This document shows positions 10,393-20,320 of a stretch of DNA of 64,000 nt, piece by piece. The position numbers and the translations under genes are program-made. Numbering within the stretch: position 1 is the stretch's first letter; every line of letters begins with the position of its first letter. The notes under the pieces are model-generated. The model ran no database searches. It was not told where the DNA came from and was given only the letters and a program-made list of their open reading frames with translations. Source of the DNA: Candidatus Marinacidobacterales bacterium (lineage in GTDB: Bacteria > Acidobacteriota > Vicinamibacteria > Marinacidobacterales > DATDRI01); the NCBI GenBank assembly GCA_965219415.1, contig OZ244742.1, positions 736,001 to 800,000 on the forward strand. The letters are read 5' to 3'.

Positions 10393-11270
10393 TGCCTTAG
10401 GCGACGCGCTCTTCTCTCGAAGAATCGCTGCAGCGGCCGATCGTAGGGTTCTCCGGTGGTGACATCGATGATGTCGACACCCATGGCGGTCAAAGCATCC
10501 ATCTGTCCCTGCACGCGAGCATTCGTGTGCTCGGTGAAAGCGGCCAGGGCGCGACGATCGGAGGTATCCAACAACATGCGGTGCCCGGTCTCCGCGTCTT
10601 CGAGCTCGATCATGCCTGCCTTCGGGATCTCGCGCTCCCGAGGATCGGAAAGGAAAATCGAAATGACGTCGTGTTTTTTCGCGGCCACTCGGAAGGGTTT
10701 CTCGAACCCGGAGGTCAGGAAATCCGATAGTACGAAGACCACCGCCCGCTTGCGGGTCACGCTATTGAGATAGTCCATGGCGGCGGCGAGATTTGTCTTT
10801 TTTCCCTTCGGCGCGAAGTAAAGCAGATCACGAATAACCCTCAGTACATGGGGCCGACCCTTGCGCGGCGGAATGAACATCTCGACTTCGTCGGTGAAGA
10901 CGATGGCCCCGACCCGGTCGTTGTTCTTGATCGCACTAAAGGCCAAGAGGGCGCCTATTTCCGCAGCGACCTCGCGCTTGAAACGAGAGGTGGTCCCGAA
11001 GTCGGCGGATCCACTGGCATCGAGCATCAGCAGCACCGTCAGCTCGCGTTCCTCGACGAACTTCTTGACGTGGAGGGTCCCGGTGCGTGAGGTGACGTTC
11101 CAATCGATGGTGCGGATGTCATCGCCCATCATGTACTCCCGCACCTCGGAGAATTCCATGCCGCGGCCCTTGAAGATGCTGTGGTATTCGCCGGCCAGGA
11201 CATCGGTCACCATGCGGCGCGTGGTGATCTCGATACGTCGAACTTTCTGGAGGACTTCTCTTGGTAGCAT
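10389..11270 (-). CDS. DUF58 protein
   Basis: GRGMEFSEVREY..GDDIRTIDWNVT, EERELT, LSDF. Confidence 0.92.
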   Translation of the reverse strand: MLPREVLQKVRRIEITTRRMVTDVLAGEYHSIFKGRGMEFSEVREYMMGDDIRTIDWNVTSRTGTLHVKKFVEERELTVLLMLDASGSADFGTTSRFKREVAAEIGALLAFSAIKNNDRVGAIVFTDEVEMFIPPRKGRPHVLRVIRDLLYFAPKGKKTNLAAAMDYLNSVTRKRAVVFVLSDFLTSGFEKPFRVAAKKHDVISIFLSDPREREIPKAGMIELEDAETGHRMLLDTSDRRALAAFTEHTNARVQGQMDALTAMGVDIIDVTTGEPYDRPLQRFFERRARRLRH

Positions 11271-11276
11271 CTGGGC

Positions 11277-11328
11277 GCTTGCCTCGCCGTAGTTCGCCAG
11301 CTTCGCTCGCGTCGCGAACGGAGGCGGG
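11277..11328. repeat. REP-like intergenic palindrome, copy 1
   Basis: Minus strand CCGCCTCCGTTCG...CGAACTACGGCGAGGCAAGC; resembles the element at 61692-61756. Confidence 0.5.
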
Positions 11329-11334
11329 AGAAAC

Positions 11335-12321
11335 CTAGGGGACTTCTACGGTGTCGAAAATACGTTGGATGATTTCCTCTGGTTTGACGTCTTCCGCTTC
11401 CGCCTCGTAGGAAAGGATGACCCGATGACGAAGCACGTCAGGACCGACGGACTTCACGTCTTCGGGGGTTACGTAACCGCGCCCACAAATGAATGCGTGC
11501 GCACGGGCCGCCTGGACCAGGTACAGCGTGGCACGCGGCGAGCCCCCGTACTCGATGAGAGCAGCGATATCGAGCCCGAACTCATTCGGCTCACGCGTGG
11601 CGAAGACGATCGAGATGATGTACTCCTTGATCCGGTCATCTATATACACCTCTTCGACAACCTTGCGAGCCTTCAAGATGTCGTCCGGGCCAACGACGTT
11701 ACTGGCCTGCGGCACGTTCTGAGTGGACATGCGATCGAGAATCTCCCGCTCTTCTTTGCGGTTCGGATAATCGAGCTTGAGCTTCAGCATGAAACGATCG
11801 ACTTGCGCTTCCGGTAGAGGGTAGGTTCCCTCCTGCTCGATGGGGTTCTGCGTTGCCAAAACCAAAAAAGGCTCCGCGAGCGGATACGTCGTGTCGCCGA
11901 TCGTCACTTGCCGCTCCTGCATCGCTTCGAGAAGAGCACTTTGAACTTTGGCCGGGGCCCGGTTGATCTCGTCGGCCAGCAGCAAGCTCGTAAAGATAGG
12001 CCCTTTCTTTGGAACGAAAACACCGTCCTTCTGGTTGTAGATGAGCGTCCCCACGAGGTCGGCCGGTAGGAGATCGGGCGTAAACTGAATGCGTTGGAAC
12101 TTGCAGTCGATGGCATCGGCCAGGCTGCGGACGGCCAGTGTCTTGGCCAGCCCGGGTACCCCTTCGAGGAGGATGTGGCCGCGGCTCAAAAGGCCGATCA
12201 GCATCCGGTCCAGCATGCCCGGCTGGCCGACGATGACCTTGCGCAACTCTGCGAGGAGTGTCTCGACGAATACCGCTTCTTTTTGAACTCGTTCGTTGAT
12301 CTCTTGAATACTAGCTTCCAT
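11335..12321 (-). CDS. moxR: MoxR family AAA+ ATPase
   Basis: GVPGLAKT, RIQFTPDLLP, DEINRAPAKVQSALLEAM, NPIEQEGTYPLPEAQ. Confidence 0.95.
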   Translation of the reverse strand: MEASIQEINERVQKEAVFVETLLAELRKVIVGQPGMLDRMLIGLLSRGHILLEGVPGLAKTLAVRSLADAIDCKFQRIQFTPDLLPADLVGTLIYNQKDGVFVPKKGPIFTSLLLADEINRAPAKVQSALLEAMQERQVTIGDTTYPLAEPFLVLATQNPIEQEGTYPLPEAQVDRFMLKLKLDYPNRKEEREILDRMSTQNVPQASNVVGPDDILKARKVVEEVYIDDRIKEYIISIVFATREPNEFGLDIAALIEYGGSPRATLYLVQAARAHAFICGRGYVTPEDVKSVGPDVLRHRVILSYEAEAEDVKPEEIIQRIFDTVEVP

Positions 12322-12354
12322 CAGTACTTCGCTCCTCCGGGTATTCCCATGCGA

Positions 12355-12363
12355 ATTATAGCA
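12355..12363 (-). promoter_or_regulatory. Extended -10 promoter of the moxR-bat operon
   Basis: TGcTATAAT on the minus strand 34 nt upstream of the moxR ATG. Confidence 0.55.
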
Positions 12364-12499
12364 AAACGAGTGGCGGTCCCCTTTTCGAAGTGTGGCGGCG
12401 TCGCTCGTCGGGAGGCTTTTTGCCGGTCTTTGCCTACAGGGGGGCCATCAGGTAGCTTATAGGCGGTGGTCAACGTACTCAAGCGAGTCTTGAGCATCA

Positions 12500-14143
12500 G
12501 TGACGACCGAAAGAGAGGCCTTGGTGAGCATCCGAAAAGCGATTTTGGCGGTTGTGGTCTTGGCGGCAATCGTCGACCTGGTCGGCCCGGCATCGGCCCA
12601 GGAAAAGATGGACCTGGGAACCGTCCAGTTCCCGACTTCCGGTTCTCCGGAGGCCCAGGCGCACTTCATGCGCGGCGTCGCGGCGTTGCACAGCTTCTGG
12701 TACGAGGAAGCGGCCGAGGCCTTCCAAATGGCCTACCGGACCGATCCCGACTTCGCCATGGCGTATTGGGGCGAGGCCATGTCCTACAACCATCCTCTAT
12801 GGGGAGATGAACAGGACATCGCCGCCGCGCGCAAGACGCTGCGCGAGCTAGCCCCGTCGCGGAGCCAAAGGATGGCAAAGGCCGAAACCGACAAGGAGAA
12901 GGCCTTCCTCGAAGCGCTCGAGATCCTGTACGGCGAGGGAGAAAAGCACGATCGCGACCGGGCCTATTCGCAGGCGATGGCGGATCTATACGAGAAGCAT
13001 CCGGATGATCACGAGATCGCTTGCTTCTATGCGCTATCGATTCTAGGCACGGTAAAACCGGGAGAGCCCGGGGTTCGACGCCAGGTGCAATCGGCCGCCA
13101 TCCTGAACAAGGTTTTCGCAGAGAATCCGAATCACCCGGGCGCGGCTCACTACATCATCCACTCATTCGATGATCCCGAGCACGCCCCCTTGGCACTTCC
13201 CGCAGCCGACCGGTACGCAGAGATCGCACCCGCGGCTCCCCACGCCCTTCACATGCCGTCCCATATCTTCGTGCAGCACGGCATGTGGGACCGCGTCGCG
13301 GCCTCCAACAAGGCGGCGTATGAAGCTTCGGACGCATGGGTGAAACGTAAATCGCTTTCCATCACCAAGCGAGACTACCACGCTTACTCATGGTGGCAGT
13401 ACTCCGACCTGCAACTCGGTCGCTACGAAGATGCTTGGGCAGGCGTGGAGCTGTTAAAGGGCGTCGCGGACGAAACGCAGGCAGACTACATGCGGCGGGT
13501 CTACGGGACGATGAGGTCGCGCTACATCATCGAGACCGAGAAGTGGCAAGACCTGCCGCTTCCGGAGGCAACCTCCTTTACCGGGCGGGGCTCGAGTGCC
13601 ACGGCGAGCCTGCTACTGGCGGCGGGAATGAGTGCCGCGAATCGAGGCAACTTTGCCAAGGCACAAGCGGCTGCCGACAAGCTCAAGAAGCTCCGTGAGC
13701 AAAAAGAATCCGAGGAGGACCGCTACGAAGCCAAGTCTCTCGCGATCATGGAGAAAGAAGTCACCGCCCTTGTTCTTCTCGTCCAGGGTAAGAACGACCG
13801 CGCCCTCAGTCTGATGAAAGAAGCGATCGCCATCGAAGGAGCCATGGACCCCCCGTCGGGACCCGCCTACCCGCTGAAACCGTCGCATGAGCTCTACGGA
13901 GAGATGCTTCTGGAGACCGGTTCGGCCGACGAGGCGATCAAGCAATTCGCCGTCGCGCTGGTGCGGATGCCGCTGCGTACTCGATCGCTACTCGGGTGGG
14001 CGCGAGCCTCTTCGGAAGCGGGTGACGTCGAGACGGCCAGGAAAGCCTACAACTTGTTGCTCAAGAACTGGCAGCACGCCGACGCGGGGCTTCCGGAGCT
14101 GGCCGAGGCGCGAAAGTACGAGGCTGCCACCGACGGTCGTTAA
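12500..14143 (+). CDS. Secreted TPR-repeat protein with His-rich motifs
   Basis: Signal peptide, GVAALHSFWY, AMAYWGEAM, HPGAAHYIIH, HALHMPSHIF. Confidence 0.8.
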   Translation: MTTEREALVSIRKAILAVVVLAAIVDLVGPASAQEKMDLGTVQFPTSGSPEAQAHFMRGVAALHSFWYEEAAEAFQMAYRTDPDFAMAYWGEAMSYNHPLWGDEQDIAAARKTLRELAPSRSQRMAKAETDKEKAFLEALEILYGEGEKHDRDRAYSQAMADLYEKHPDDHEIACFYALSILGTVKPGEPGVRRQVQSAAILNKVFAENPNHPGAAHYIIHSFDDPEHAPLALPAADRYAEIAPAAPHALHMPSHIFVQHGMWDRVAASNKAAYEASDAWVKRKSLSITKRDYHAYSWWQYSDLQLGRYEDAWAGVELLKGVADETQADYMRRVYGTMRSRYIIETEKWQDLPLPEATSFTGRGSSATASLLLAAGMSAANRGNFAKAQAAADKLKKLREQKESEEDRYEAKSLAIMEKEVTALVLLVQGKNDRALSLMKEAIAIEGAMDPPSGPAYPLKPSHELYGEMLLETGSADEAIKQFAVALVRMPLRTRSLLGWARASSEAGDVETARKAYNLLLKNWQHADAGLPELAEARKYEAATDGR

Positions 14144-14162
14144 CTAAGGTTGGCTTCCTTCC

Positions 14163-14716
14163 TTACTCAGGCCACAACCAACCGAACACTCCTTCGGTGA
14201 GTAGACCGTAGGCGAGCGTATCGAGTAGGTGTTTCGCGATGGCCCCCACGGTCGTCCAAACCAAATACCATCGGTGATGACTCCCCGCCCGTGAGCCAAC
14301 CATGCCACGGTGCCGGCAATCTGGAACACCTTGAGATAAGGGGTCGCCGACTCCAGAGTCCGACCAGCGACGTAGGCGACGACGACACCGACCGCCAGAT
14401 AGTAGACGAACGACAGCACCATGCTCTTCCCCATATTAGGGACGCCACGAGGTACGACGGTGAGAAAACCGGTCGGTCCTCCCTCGAACTTCTTGATGAC
14501 TTCCGGCTTTTTGATCTCCTCCATGGCTGTCAGATGAGGAATGTTGTAGAGACCGGGCCGGATATCGCCCAATGACTTAATGGTGGCGTCTTCGTCCGGG
14601 ACGCCCTTGTACTCGGATTTGTGGTGCGGCAGAACGACCCAGACGAGAAAGCTGGCAAACCAAATGATGACGGCGAAGACGAGGATGGGCATCCAAAGAG
14701 AGCCTATCGTGACCAT
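14163..14716 (-). pseudogene. Uncharacterised multi-TM membrane protein, frameshift in a G run near 14245
   Basis: After GRPWG another frame continues AIAKHLLDTLAYGLLTEGVFGWLWPE*. A single-base homopolymer loss may be an assembly error. Confidence 0.6.
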
Positions 14717-14758
14717 GGAACCTCCTTCGGCGCTTGGGCTAGCGCTAGCGTCCGAAGA

Positions 14759-15473
14759 CTACACCAAATACTCCAACGCCAAAACTAGGAGACCGACTCC
14801 CGCGAACACGACGCCCAGGGCCTTCTCCATAATCGCTGCGGGAAGATACTTTCCAAGGCGGCTGCCGATGGTGCTCCCGATAAGGACGCCAGGAATGCTC
14901 CACCCGACGACATGCCACACCGGCTGGGCGTGGAGCGCGTGAATAGCGGCTCCGGCAGCGGCAACGTTGGCGAGCGTGAAGACGCTGGTCGCTATGGCCA
15001 CGCGAGGCGGCACGCGGCAACGAACGACAAGTTGCGTCGTCGAAATTTCGGGGAGCCCGGCGCTGATCATCCCGGTCAGCAATCCGCCAACCGCCGCCAT
15101 CAACACGCCCGGTAACCTCCAACAAGTCGGGTACTCGTAGACCGTACCGTCGTGCGCCCGGATAATCGTCGTTCCTCGGCCCGCGGACTTCCGATCGATG
15201 ATAGCCATTGCGCGATCGCCCGGCTCGCACTCTTCTGGCGAACGAACCAAAATGAGAAACGCCGCCAAGATCAATAGGCCAGCCCCAAAGATCGTCTTGA
15301 GTACCCGGCTCGGCACCATATCCGCAGCAATGGCTCCCAAGATCACTAGGGGTAGCGCGCCCAGGAGAAGCCACTTCGCGGTGGCGTAGTCGACGAGCCT
15401 GGCCCGAACGTAGGAGCGCAGACCGTTTCCCATCCCGAAGACTTCTGTCAGAAGTCCCGCCCCGACCCCCGGT
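14759..15473 (-). pseudogene. TauE/SafE (TSUP) sulfur-compound transporter, N-terminally truncated
   Basis: GLLTEVFG...ARLVDY, GGLLTGMISAGLPE, VAIATSVF; no start or first helices, abuts the stop of the upstream gene. Confidence 0.7.
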
Positions 15474-16200
15474 TTAGGACAGCCGGATGACGTCGCTCTC
15501 GGCGAATATCGGTCCCACTTCGAGCTCGAGCGCGGGCTCGCGGTATAGCGCCGGCGGGACGCTGATGTCGGCGAGGTAGAGCTCACCGACGCGTTCCTCG
15601 ACTCCCGGCGCGCGGAGGCCCTCCTTGGGTAGAGCAAGCGTCATGGTGGCCGTCGCTCGGATGGCGGGATCGAACACCGTCCCAGTCGTGGTATCGATCC
15701 CGGAAGGAGCATCTAGCGCCAAAACGGGAGCTTCCTGCGCGTTCGCCCAACGCATCAAATCACCCGCCGAGGTTCGCGGGGCGCCCTTTAGGCTGTAGCC
15801 GATGACACCATCGAGGATGACATCGGGCGTCGGCTCTTCGACCGTACCGGCCGCTTGGCTCACCTGCACCTTCATGCGCGTAACGATGTCGAGCTGGTGC
15901 GCAGGGACGGGAGCGAAATCCGATGCCGGCTTGGTCGCAAAAACACGAACAAGCGCTCCCCAGTTGTGAAGTCAGCGCGCCGCCTCCGTTCCCACCGGTA
16001 CCCACCAGTACGACGACTCGCTTGCCACTCGGATCCCCGTCCAGGAATCGCTCCCGCGCGAGGCTCGCTAGATTGCGCCCGGCGTTCTCCATCATCTGTA
16101 TGAGCTCGATTTTGAAATCCTTGATCATCGCCCGATCGACCTCGATCATCTGCTCGGTCGTCAGGTAAGGGATGTCTTCCGGCTTACACTTCTCGATCAT
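15474..16200 (-). pseudogene. nnrE: NAD(P)HX epimerase (YjeF_N), disrupted near 15950-15975
   Basis: MMENAG, GTGGNGGG in one frame; ILDGVIGYS, LALDAPSG, TMTLALPK, LADISVP in another; the ARR segment before LHNWG is missing. Confidence 0.8.
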
Positions 16201-16212
16201 TGGGGACACTCC

Positions 16213-17286
16213 TCAGTCGGAGGCGGGAATGTAATCGACCCAGGTCGCGGGTGAGGAAGTGCGAAGAACGCTCCCCCGCGGAAGCCGCAGAGGACGCACA
16301 AAAAAGTACTTCGCTTTCCATGCGGGATCGAACTCGCGGATCCTGATGAGCGGCGCACGGCGTCCGTCGGGGTAACGAGCCTCGAGCTCGTACGCGCCGG
16401 CGGCGGGTGGGGAGGCATAGACCGCAAGGACCATCAAGTCAGCAGGTAACTCATAGTCCCCGCCGTCCATTTTCAGAGATCTCACCGTGGCGGCATCCGG
16501 CTCGAAATAGAGCCCTAGTCGACTCTTGTCGGTCATGGCCTTGCCGTCGTCGCGCCAGGTCTTGCGGTAGTGGATATCGACGGCCAACGTGGCGCCGGCA
16601 GGCAACTCTTCCGCTAGACCGTCCGGCAAAAAGGCGAGACCTTGCCCGGGAAGCCATGTTGCCACCGGTCGGGTTTCCGCTTCACAACTACCTCCAATGC
16701 GGATCGTCACGTCGTGTACCATCGCGACGTTGTCGGGTTGGAACTCGAAAGCCGCAACCCGGCGCGCTTCGGGGAGCCGCGTCGGCAGGACAACACAAGC
16801 GTTTTTCTCGATCTCTTCCGCTCCGACGGTAACCGCGGCTTCCGGCTCCAAGACCAAGTCCGGCTCGCGATGCATTGCCACCGCGCCAGCCTCGGACGGA
16901 GCCTCGCGCTCCACCAGTTGGCCTTCCGGTGTTCCTCCGCTCGCCCAATCGACAAGTGCATCGATTTCTTCGGCGGTCAAGCTGCGAGCATCCCGAAACT
17001 CACCATACCCTTCCTCCGGCAGCCAGGGCGGCATGCGCCCCTCGAGGACCTCCGTCTTAATAGATGATGCCCAGGGGAAGGCCTGCTGATAGCTGAGTAA
17101 TGACATGGGGGCTATCCCGCCCCCTCGATGGCAATCACCGCAATGCTTCTCGAGGATTGGGAGCACGTCCCTTTCGTACGTGAACCTCGACGGCTCCACC
17201 TCGTGGGCCAGCAAGAGCGCCGCGGAGCCCAGCGCGAAAGCGAAGGCGCCCAGCGCCCTAACGCGTACGGATCTCTTCAAGATCAC
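16213..17286 (-). CDS. Exported cytochrome c fused to a copper-monooxygenase-like beta domain
   Basis: Signal peptide, CGDCH, GIAPMSL, MPPW, WLPG, DIHY, SRLGLYF, FDPAW. Confidence 0.72.
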   Translation of the reverse strand: MILKRSVRVRALGAFAFALGSAALLLAHEVEPSRFTYERDVLPILEKHCGDCHRGGGIAPMSLLSYQQAFPWASSIKTEVLEGRMPPWLPEEGYGEFRDARSLTAEEIDALVDWASGGTPEGQLVEREAPSEAGAVAMHREPDLVLEPEAAVTVGAEEIEKNACVVLPTRLPEARRVAAFEFQPDNVAMVHDVTIRIGGSCEAETRPVATWLPGQGLAFLPDGLAEELPAGATLAVDIHYRKTWRDDGKAMTDKSRLGLYFEPDAATVRSLKMDGGDYELPADLMVLAVYASPPAAGAYELEARYPDGRRAPLIRIREFDPAWKAKYFFVRPLRLPRGSVLRTSSPATWVDYIPASD

Positions 17287-18235
17287 GTATCCCCTCTTCG
17301 AAGAGCTCGTAGGCAGACTCGACTTTCAGGCGATTCCCCAAATCACCGTACATATCCAAGAGCCAGGCGGCCCGAACGAGCTTCTTGACGGGAAGCGCGA
17401 CCGTCTCGCCCTCCCGCGTGCCGAGCGCCAAGGCGAGCTCTTTGGCCTCCATCGCAGGTATATAGAGGTCGGTCCATCCTCCGACTCGCATCAAATCTTG
17501 TATCCGCGTGTCACGGAGAAAGATCGCTTGGGCGATCTTCTGCGGTCCCTCCGGGATCACCAACGGGGATACCTCGGCGATGGGAGCGCGCGGGCCGACG
17601 AAGATGAAGTCGAACCGAACTTCATCATCTGAACCTTCGAACCGCACGAAGAGCGTCAGTTCCACCGGATAAGCGATGCCTCCGTCGATGGTCAACTCAC
17701 TATGGTCTCCGTCACCAGCGGGAGTTAGGGACCGATCGCCGATGCGTGCCTCGACCCGCCCGGCGTCGATGGGCCGCGTAAAATCATCATAGAGGTAGAA
17801 GCTGAAGATCCCGTCGGGCGACAACGCTCCTTCTAGATGATTGAATCCGTTCGGGGCCATGAAGAGCATGCCCCCGTGCCTGGGATTGTGATCGCCGTGC
17901 GGCATGGCGACCGACCGTCTCTCGAGGGGACGTCCTCCGACGGGACAATTCCCCGGGTGCGGCTCACTCACATCCGGATGCCTCGTACACGCCCATTGAA
18001 TCTCTTGGGTCGTGCGGGCCAAGGCCATTTTGCAGATGGAACAGACGTCGCCTTCCCCGCCGGTCGCGTGGCTGTGCATTGGGCACGCCCAAACCGGAAC
18101 GAACCGGCGTTTTTCGAGCTCCCGTTCGCAAATGTTGCATTGGCCCGATTCCACGGACTGCACGTCGCGATGCACGGGACAGAGCCAGACCTCCGTCTCC
18201 TGAAATGTGAGCAACAGCCAAAGAAGGAAGAACAT
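17258..18235 (-). CDS. Exported protein with three heavy-metal-binding (CPMH...CxxC-type) repeats
   Basis: WLCPVH..CNIC, WACPMH..CSIC, WACTRH..CPVG, then HGDHNPRHGG and HLEG. Confidence 0.75.
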   Translation of the reverse strand: MFFLLWLLLTFQETEVWLCPVHRDVQSVESGQCNICERELEKRRFVPVWACPMHSHATGGEGDVCSICKMALARTTQEIQWACTRHPDVSEPHPGNCPVGGRPLERRSVAMPHGDHNPRHGGMLFMAPNGFNHLEGALSPDGIFSFYLYDDFTRPIDAGRVEARIGDRSLTPAGDGDHSELTIDGGIAYPVELTLFVRFEGSDDEVRFDFIFVGPRAPIAEVSPLVIPEGPQKIAQAIFLRDTRIQDLMRVGGWTDLYIPAMEAKELALALGTREGETVALPVKKLVRAAWLLDMYGDLGNRLKVESAYELFEEGIRDLEEIRTR

Positions 18236-18241
18236 TTCTGT

Positions 18242-18733
18242 CTACGCGAACGGCTTACTGCGGTCGGTAAGATTGACGACGGAGCCTCGACTCGCGGCAA
18301 CGAGGTCTCGCGGGGCAATCATGATTTCATGCCTCCACTTCCCTGCCCCGACACCCAAGACGGCTTCTTCCATGAGCGAGGCGTCGACGAACGAGCGAAA
18401 CCCTTCTGGTTGCCAGTGGAACGGCGGCACCGAGCCCACCTCGTAACCGGTCACTTCCTTCACCGCTTCTAGGCTGGCAAGCTTGATGTTGCGCGAACCG
18501 ATCGCCTTCTTGAGATATCCAGAGACGGCGTTTCGATCGCCGCCCACCATCACCAGAACGCGTTCACCCTTGTCGCTCTCGAAAACCAACGTCTTCACCA
18601 TCTGGCCTGGCTTATAGCCGAGGGCATCGGCTACCTGCGCCGCGCCCTTCTCGGTCGAGGAGGGGAACTCGAGTCTTTGATAAGGAATTTTGTTTTCGTC
18701 GAGGTACTCGTGGGCCGGAAGTTTGTCTTGCAC
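18242..18733 (-). CDS. YbaK/EbsC aminoacyl-tRNA deacylase family protein
   Basis: VKTLV, TGYEVGSVPPF, VGAG. Confidence 0.85.
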   Translation of the reverse strand: MQDKLPAHEYLDENKIPYQRLEFPSSTEKGAAQVADALGYKPGQMVKTLVFESDKGERVLVMVGGDRNAVSGYLKKAIGSRNIKLASLEAVKEVTGYEVGSVPPFHWQPEGFRSFVDASLMEEAVLGVGAGKWRHEIMIAPRDLVAASRGSVVNLTDRSKPFA

Positions 18734-18743
18734 CGATACGCTG

Positions 18744-19472
18744 CTAACGGCCCGTCAGGGCCGCCTGCCACACCGCATGGCCCACGAAGAACGGGCCCAT
18801 CGACTGAATGTACTTCGAGGTCTGTCGCGTCTTCCTCATTCTCTGAACGAGGTGGGATATCGGGAACAGAGCCTTACCCACGAGACCGATCAAGAACTCG
18901 TTATCGTTGGTATCGATTCCGTGGCAGGCTAACCGAATATCGTGGGCCAAGTCTTCCTCAGCGTAGCTTCGACCGATCATTCCGTGCTCTCTAAGAATGC
19001 CTTTTTGTTCCTCGGCGGGCAGCGTGGAGAATTCCCCTGTGCGGCGAAGGGGATACCAGACCGCCCAGGGCCAATCGGGATTGAGAGCGGTCCTCCGAGG
19101 CTTGGAGACGAGCCAATTCTCTAGGTCGGGCTCGTAGCCCGAAGAGTAGGAGCGGCCGAACATCGTGAACTCTTGCTTCATGGGAAGCGCTTCGAAAGGC
19201 GTTGAATTGAATAGCTCGGCGGCGGTGGCGGCGAAAAACTCCGGGTCTTCGTTCATGGTCAGTATCCCGACCCCACGTGGGTCGTTGACGTCTTGGTAGA
19301 CCACTCCGTCGATGGATCGACGCTCGAGCTCCTGAACGAGCGGCTTCTTGTCGGCGCATCCGCCGAATACCTGAAGCTGCATGAAGAGCCGGCGATCGGA
19401 AGAAGTCTTGGCACCCTCCCGATCCATGCCGTGCTCTTGGATATCTACTGGTGCCTTAGTCTTTTCCGTCAT
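18744..19472 (-). CDS. Chlorite dismutase superfamily protein, probably coproheme decarboxylase (HemQ/ChdC-like)
   Basis: YPLRR...LPAEEQKGILREHGMIG, GID..DNEF, LVQRMR, GPFFVG. Confidence 0.75.
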   Translation of the reverse strand: MTEKTKAPVDIQEHGMDREGAKTSSDRRLFMQLQVFGGCADKKPLVQELERRSIDGVVYQDVNDPRGVGILTMNEDPEFFAATAAELFNSTPFEALPMKQEFTMFGRSYSSGYEPDLENWLVSKPRRTALNPDWPWAVWYPLRRTGEFSTLPAEEQKGILREHGMIGRSYAEEDLAHDIRLACHGIDTNDNEFLIGLVGKALFPISHLVQRMRKTRQTSKYIQSMGPFFVGHAVWQAALTGR

Positions 19473-19506
19473 ACGTATTGATCCTCTACTCTAAGTCTCC
19501 CCCGGC

Positions 19507-20016
19507 CTAGACGATATCGAGGCCCGTATACTGCCGGATGAGTTGGATCGAGTCCTCGCCAAGCTCTTCGTTGAGCGCTTCGATAATGCTTTGTGAAAGC
19601 TTGAACGGGTCCTCCTCACCATCCCAGTGATCAAGGATCACCTGGTGGTCTTCCATTTTCTCTTTCAGCTTCAAAACGGCTTGGGAGCACACGTAGATGT
19701 CGTCCACGTATCCTTCCGCCCCCACCGCCTCATCGTCTCCAAAGTCGAAAGGGGAGATGAAATATGCCAATGCCGAGTTGACGACGGATCTCAGTTCGGC
19801 GGGAAATCGTGAATCATCCAGCACGCCGGTCAATAGGGCGAAGTAGGTTGGAACGGTGACGATGATTTCCTGATATTCCCCTTGATAGTCCCCCACCTGT
19901 TCCTTGAGGAACTCCAAGTAGTCTCCCATTGCCTGCGCCATCGCTATTCCTCTCGGTCCGGGCCCCTTACCAGACAGTCTATCTCGAAGATATCCTTTCG
20001 GCCCCCGCTTCGGCAC
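19507..20016 (-). CDS. YkvA/DUF1232-like protein
   Basis: ALAYFISPFDF.......GYVDD motif. Confidence 0.7.
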   Translation of the reverse strand: MPKRGPKGYLRDRLSGKGPGPRGIAMAQAMGDYLEFLKEQVGDYQGEYQEIIVTVPTYFALLTGVLDDSRFPAELRSVVNSALAYFISPFDFGDDEAVGAEGYVDDIYVCSQAVLKLKEKMEDHQVILDHWDGEEDPFKLSQSIIEALNEELGEDSIQLIRQYTGLDIV

Positions 20017-20071
20017 GTTGACGGGTCGGACACCGAGCTATATATTAGCGCTCCCCTGACACAAAGGATAC

Positions 20072-20320
20072 GTCATTGCGGCTCTTGGCGTGGGTGGTTT
20101 GGCGGTCGCCCTCGGGCTTCAGGACACCCTCGCCAACCTCTTCGCCGGCGTTTTCGTTTTATTGTCCAAGCCAGTGCGGGTCGGCGACTCCGTCAAGCTC
20201 GAATCAGGACAGGAGGGGTATGTGGAGGACGTGGGCTGGCGAAGCACCAGAATTCGGCAGATCCCGAACAACTTGGACGTTCCCGAGGAAACCCTGCGGC
20301 GGATCAAGGGCCCTTCCTAG
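20072..20320 (+). pseudogene. MscS mechanosensitive channel internal fragment
   Basis: IAALGVGGLAVALGLQDTLANLFAG...KPVRVGD...GYVEDVGWRSTRIR; neither terminus present. Confidence 0.8.
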
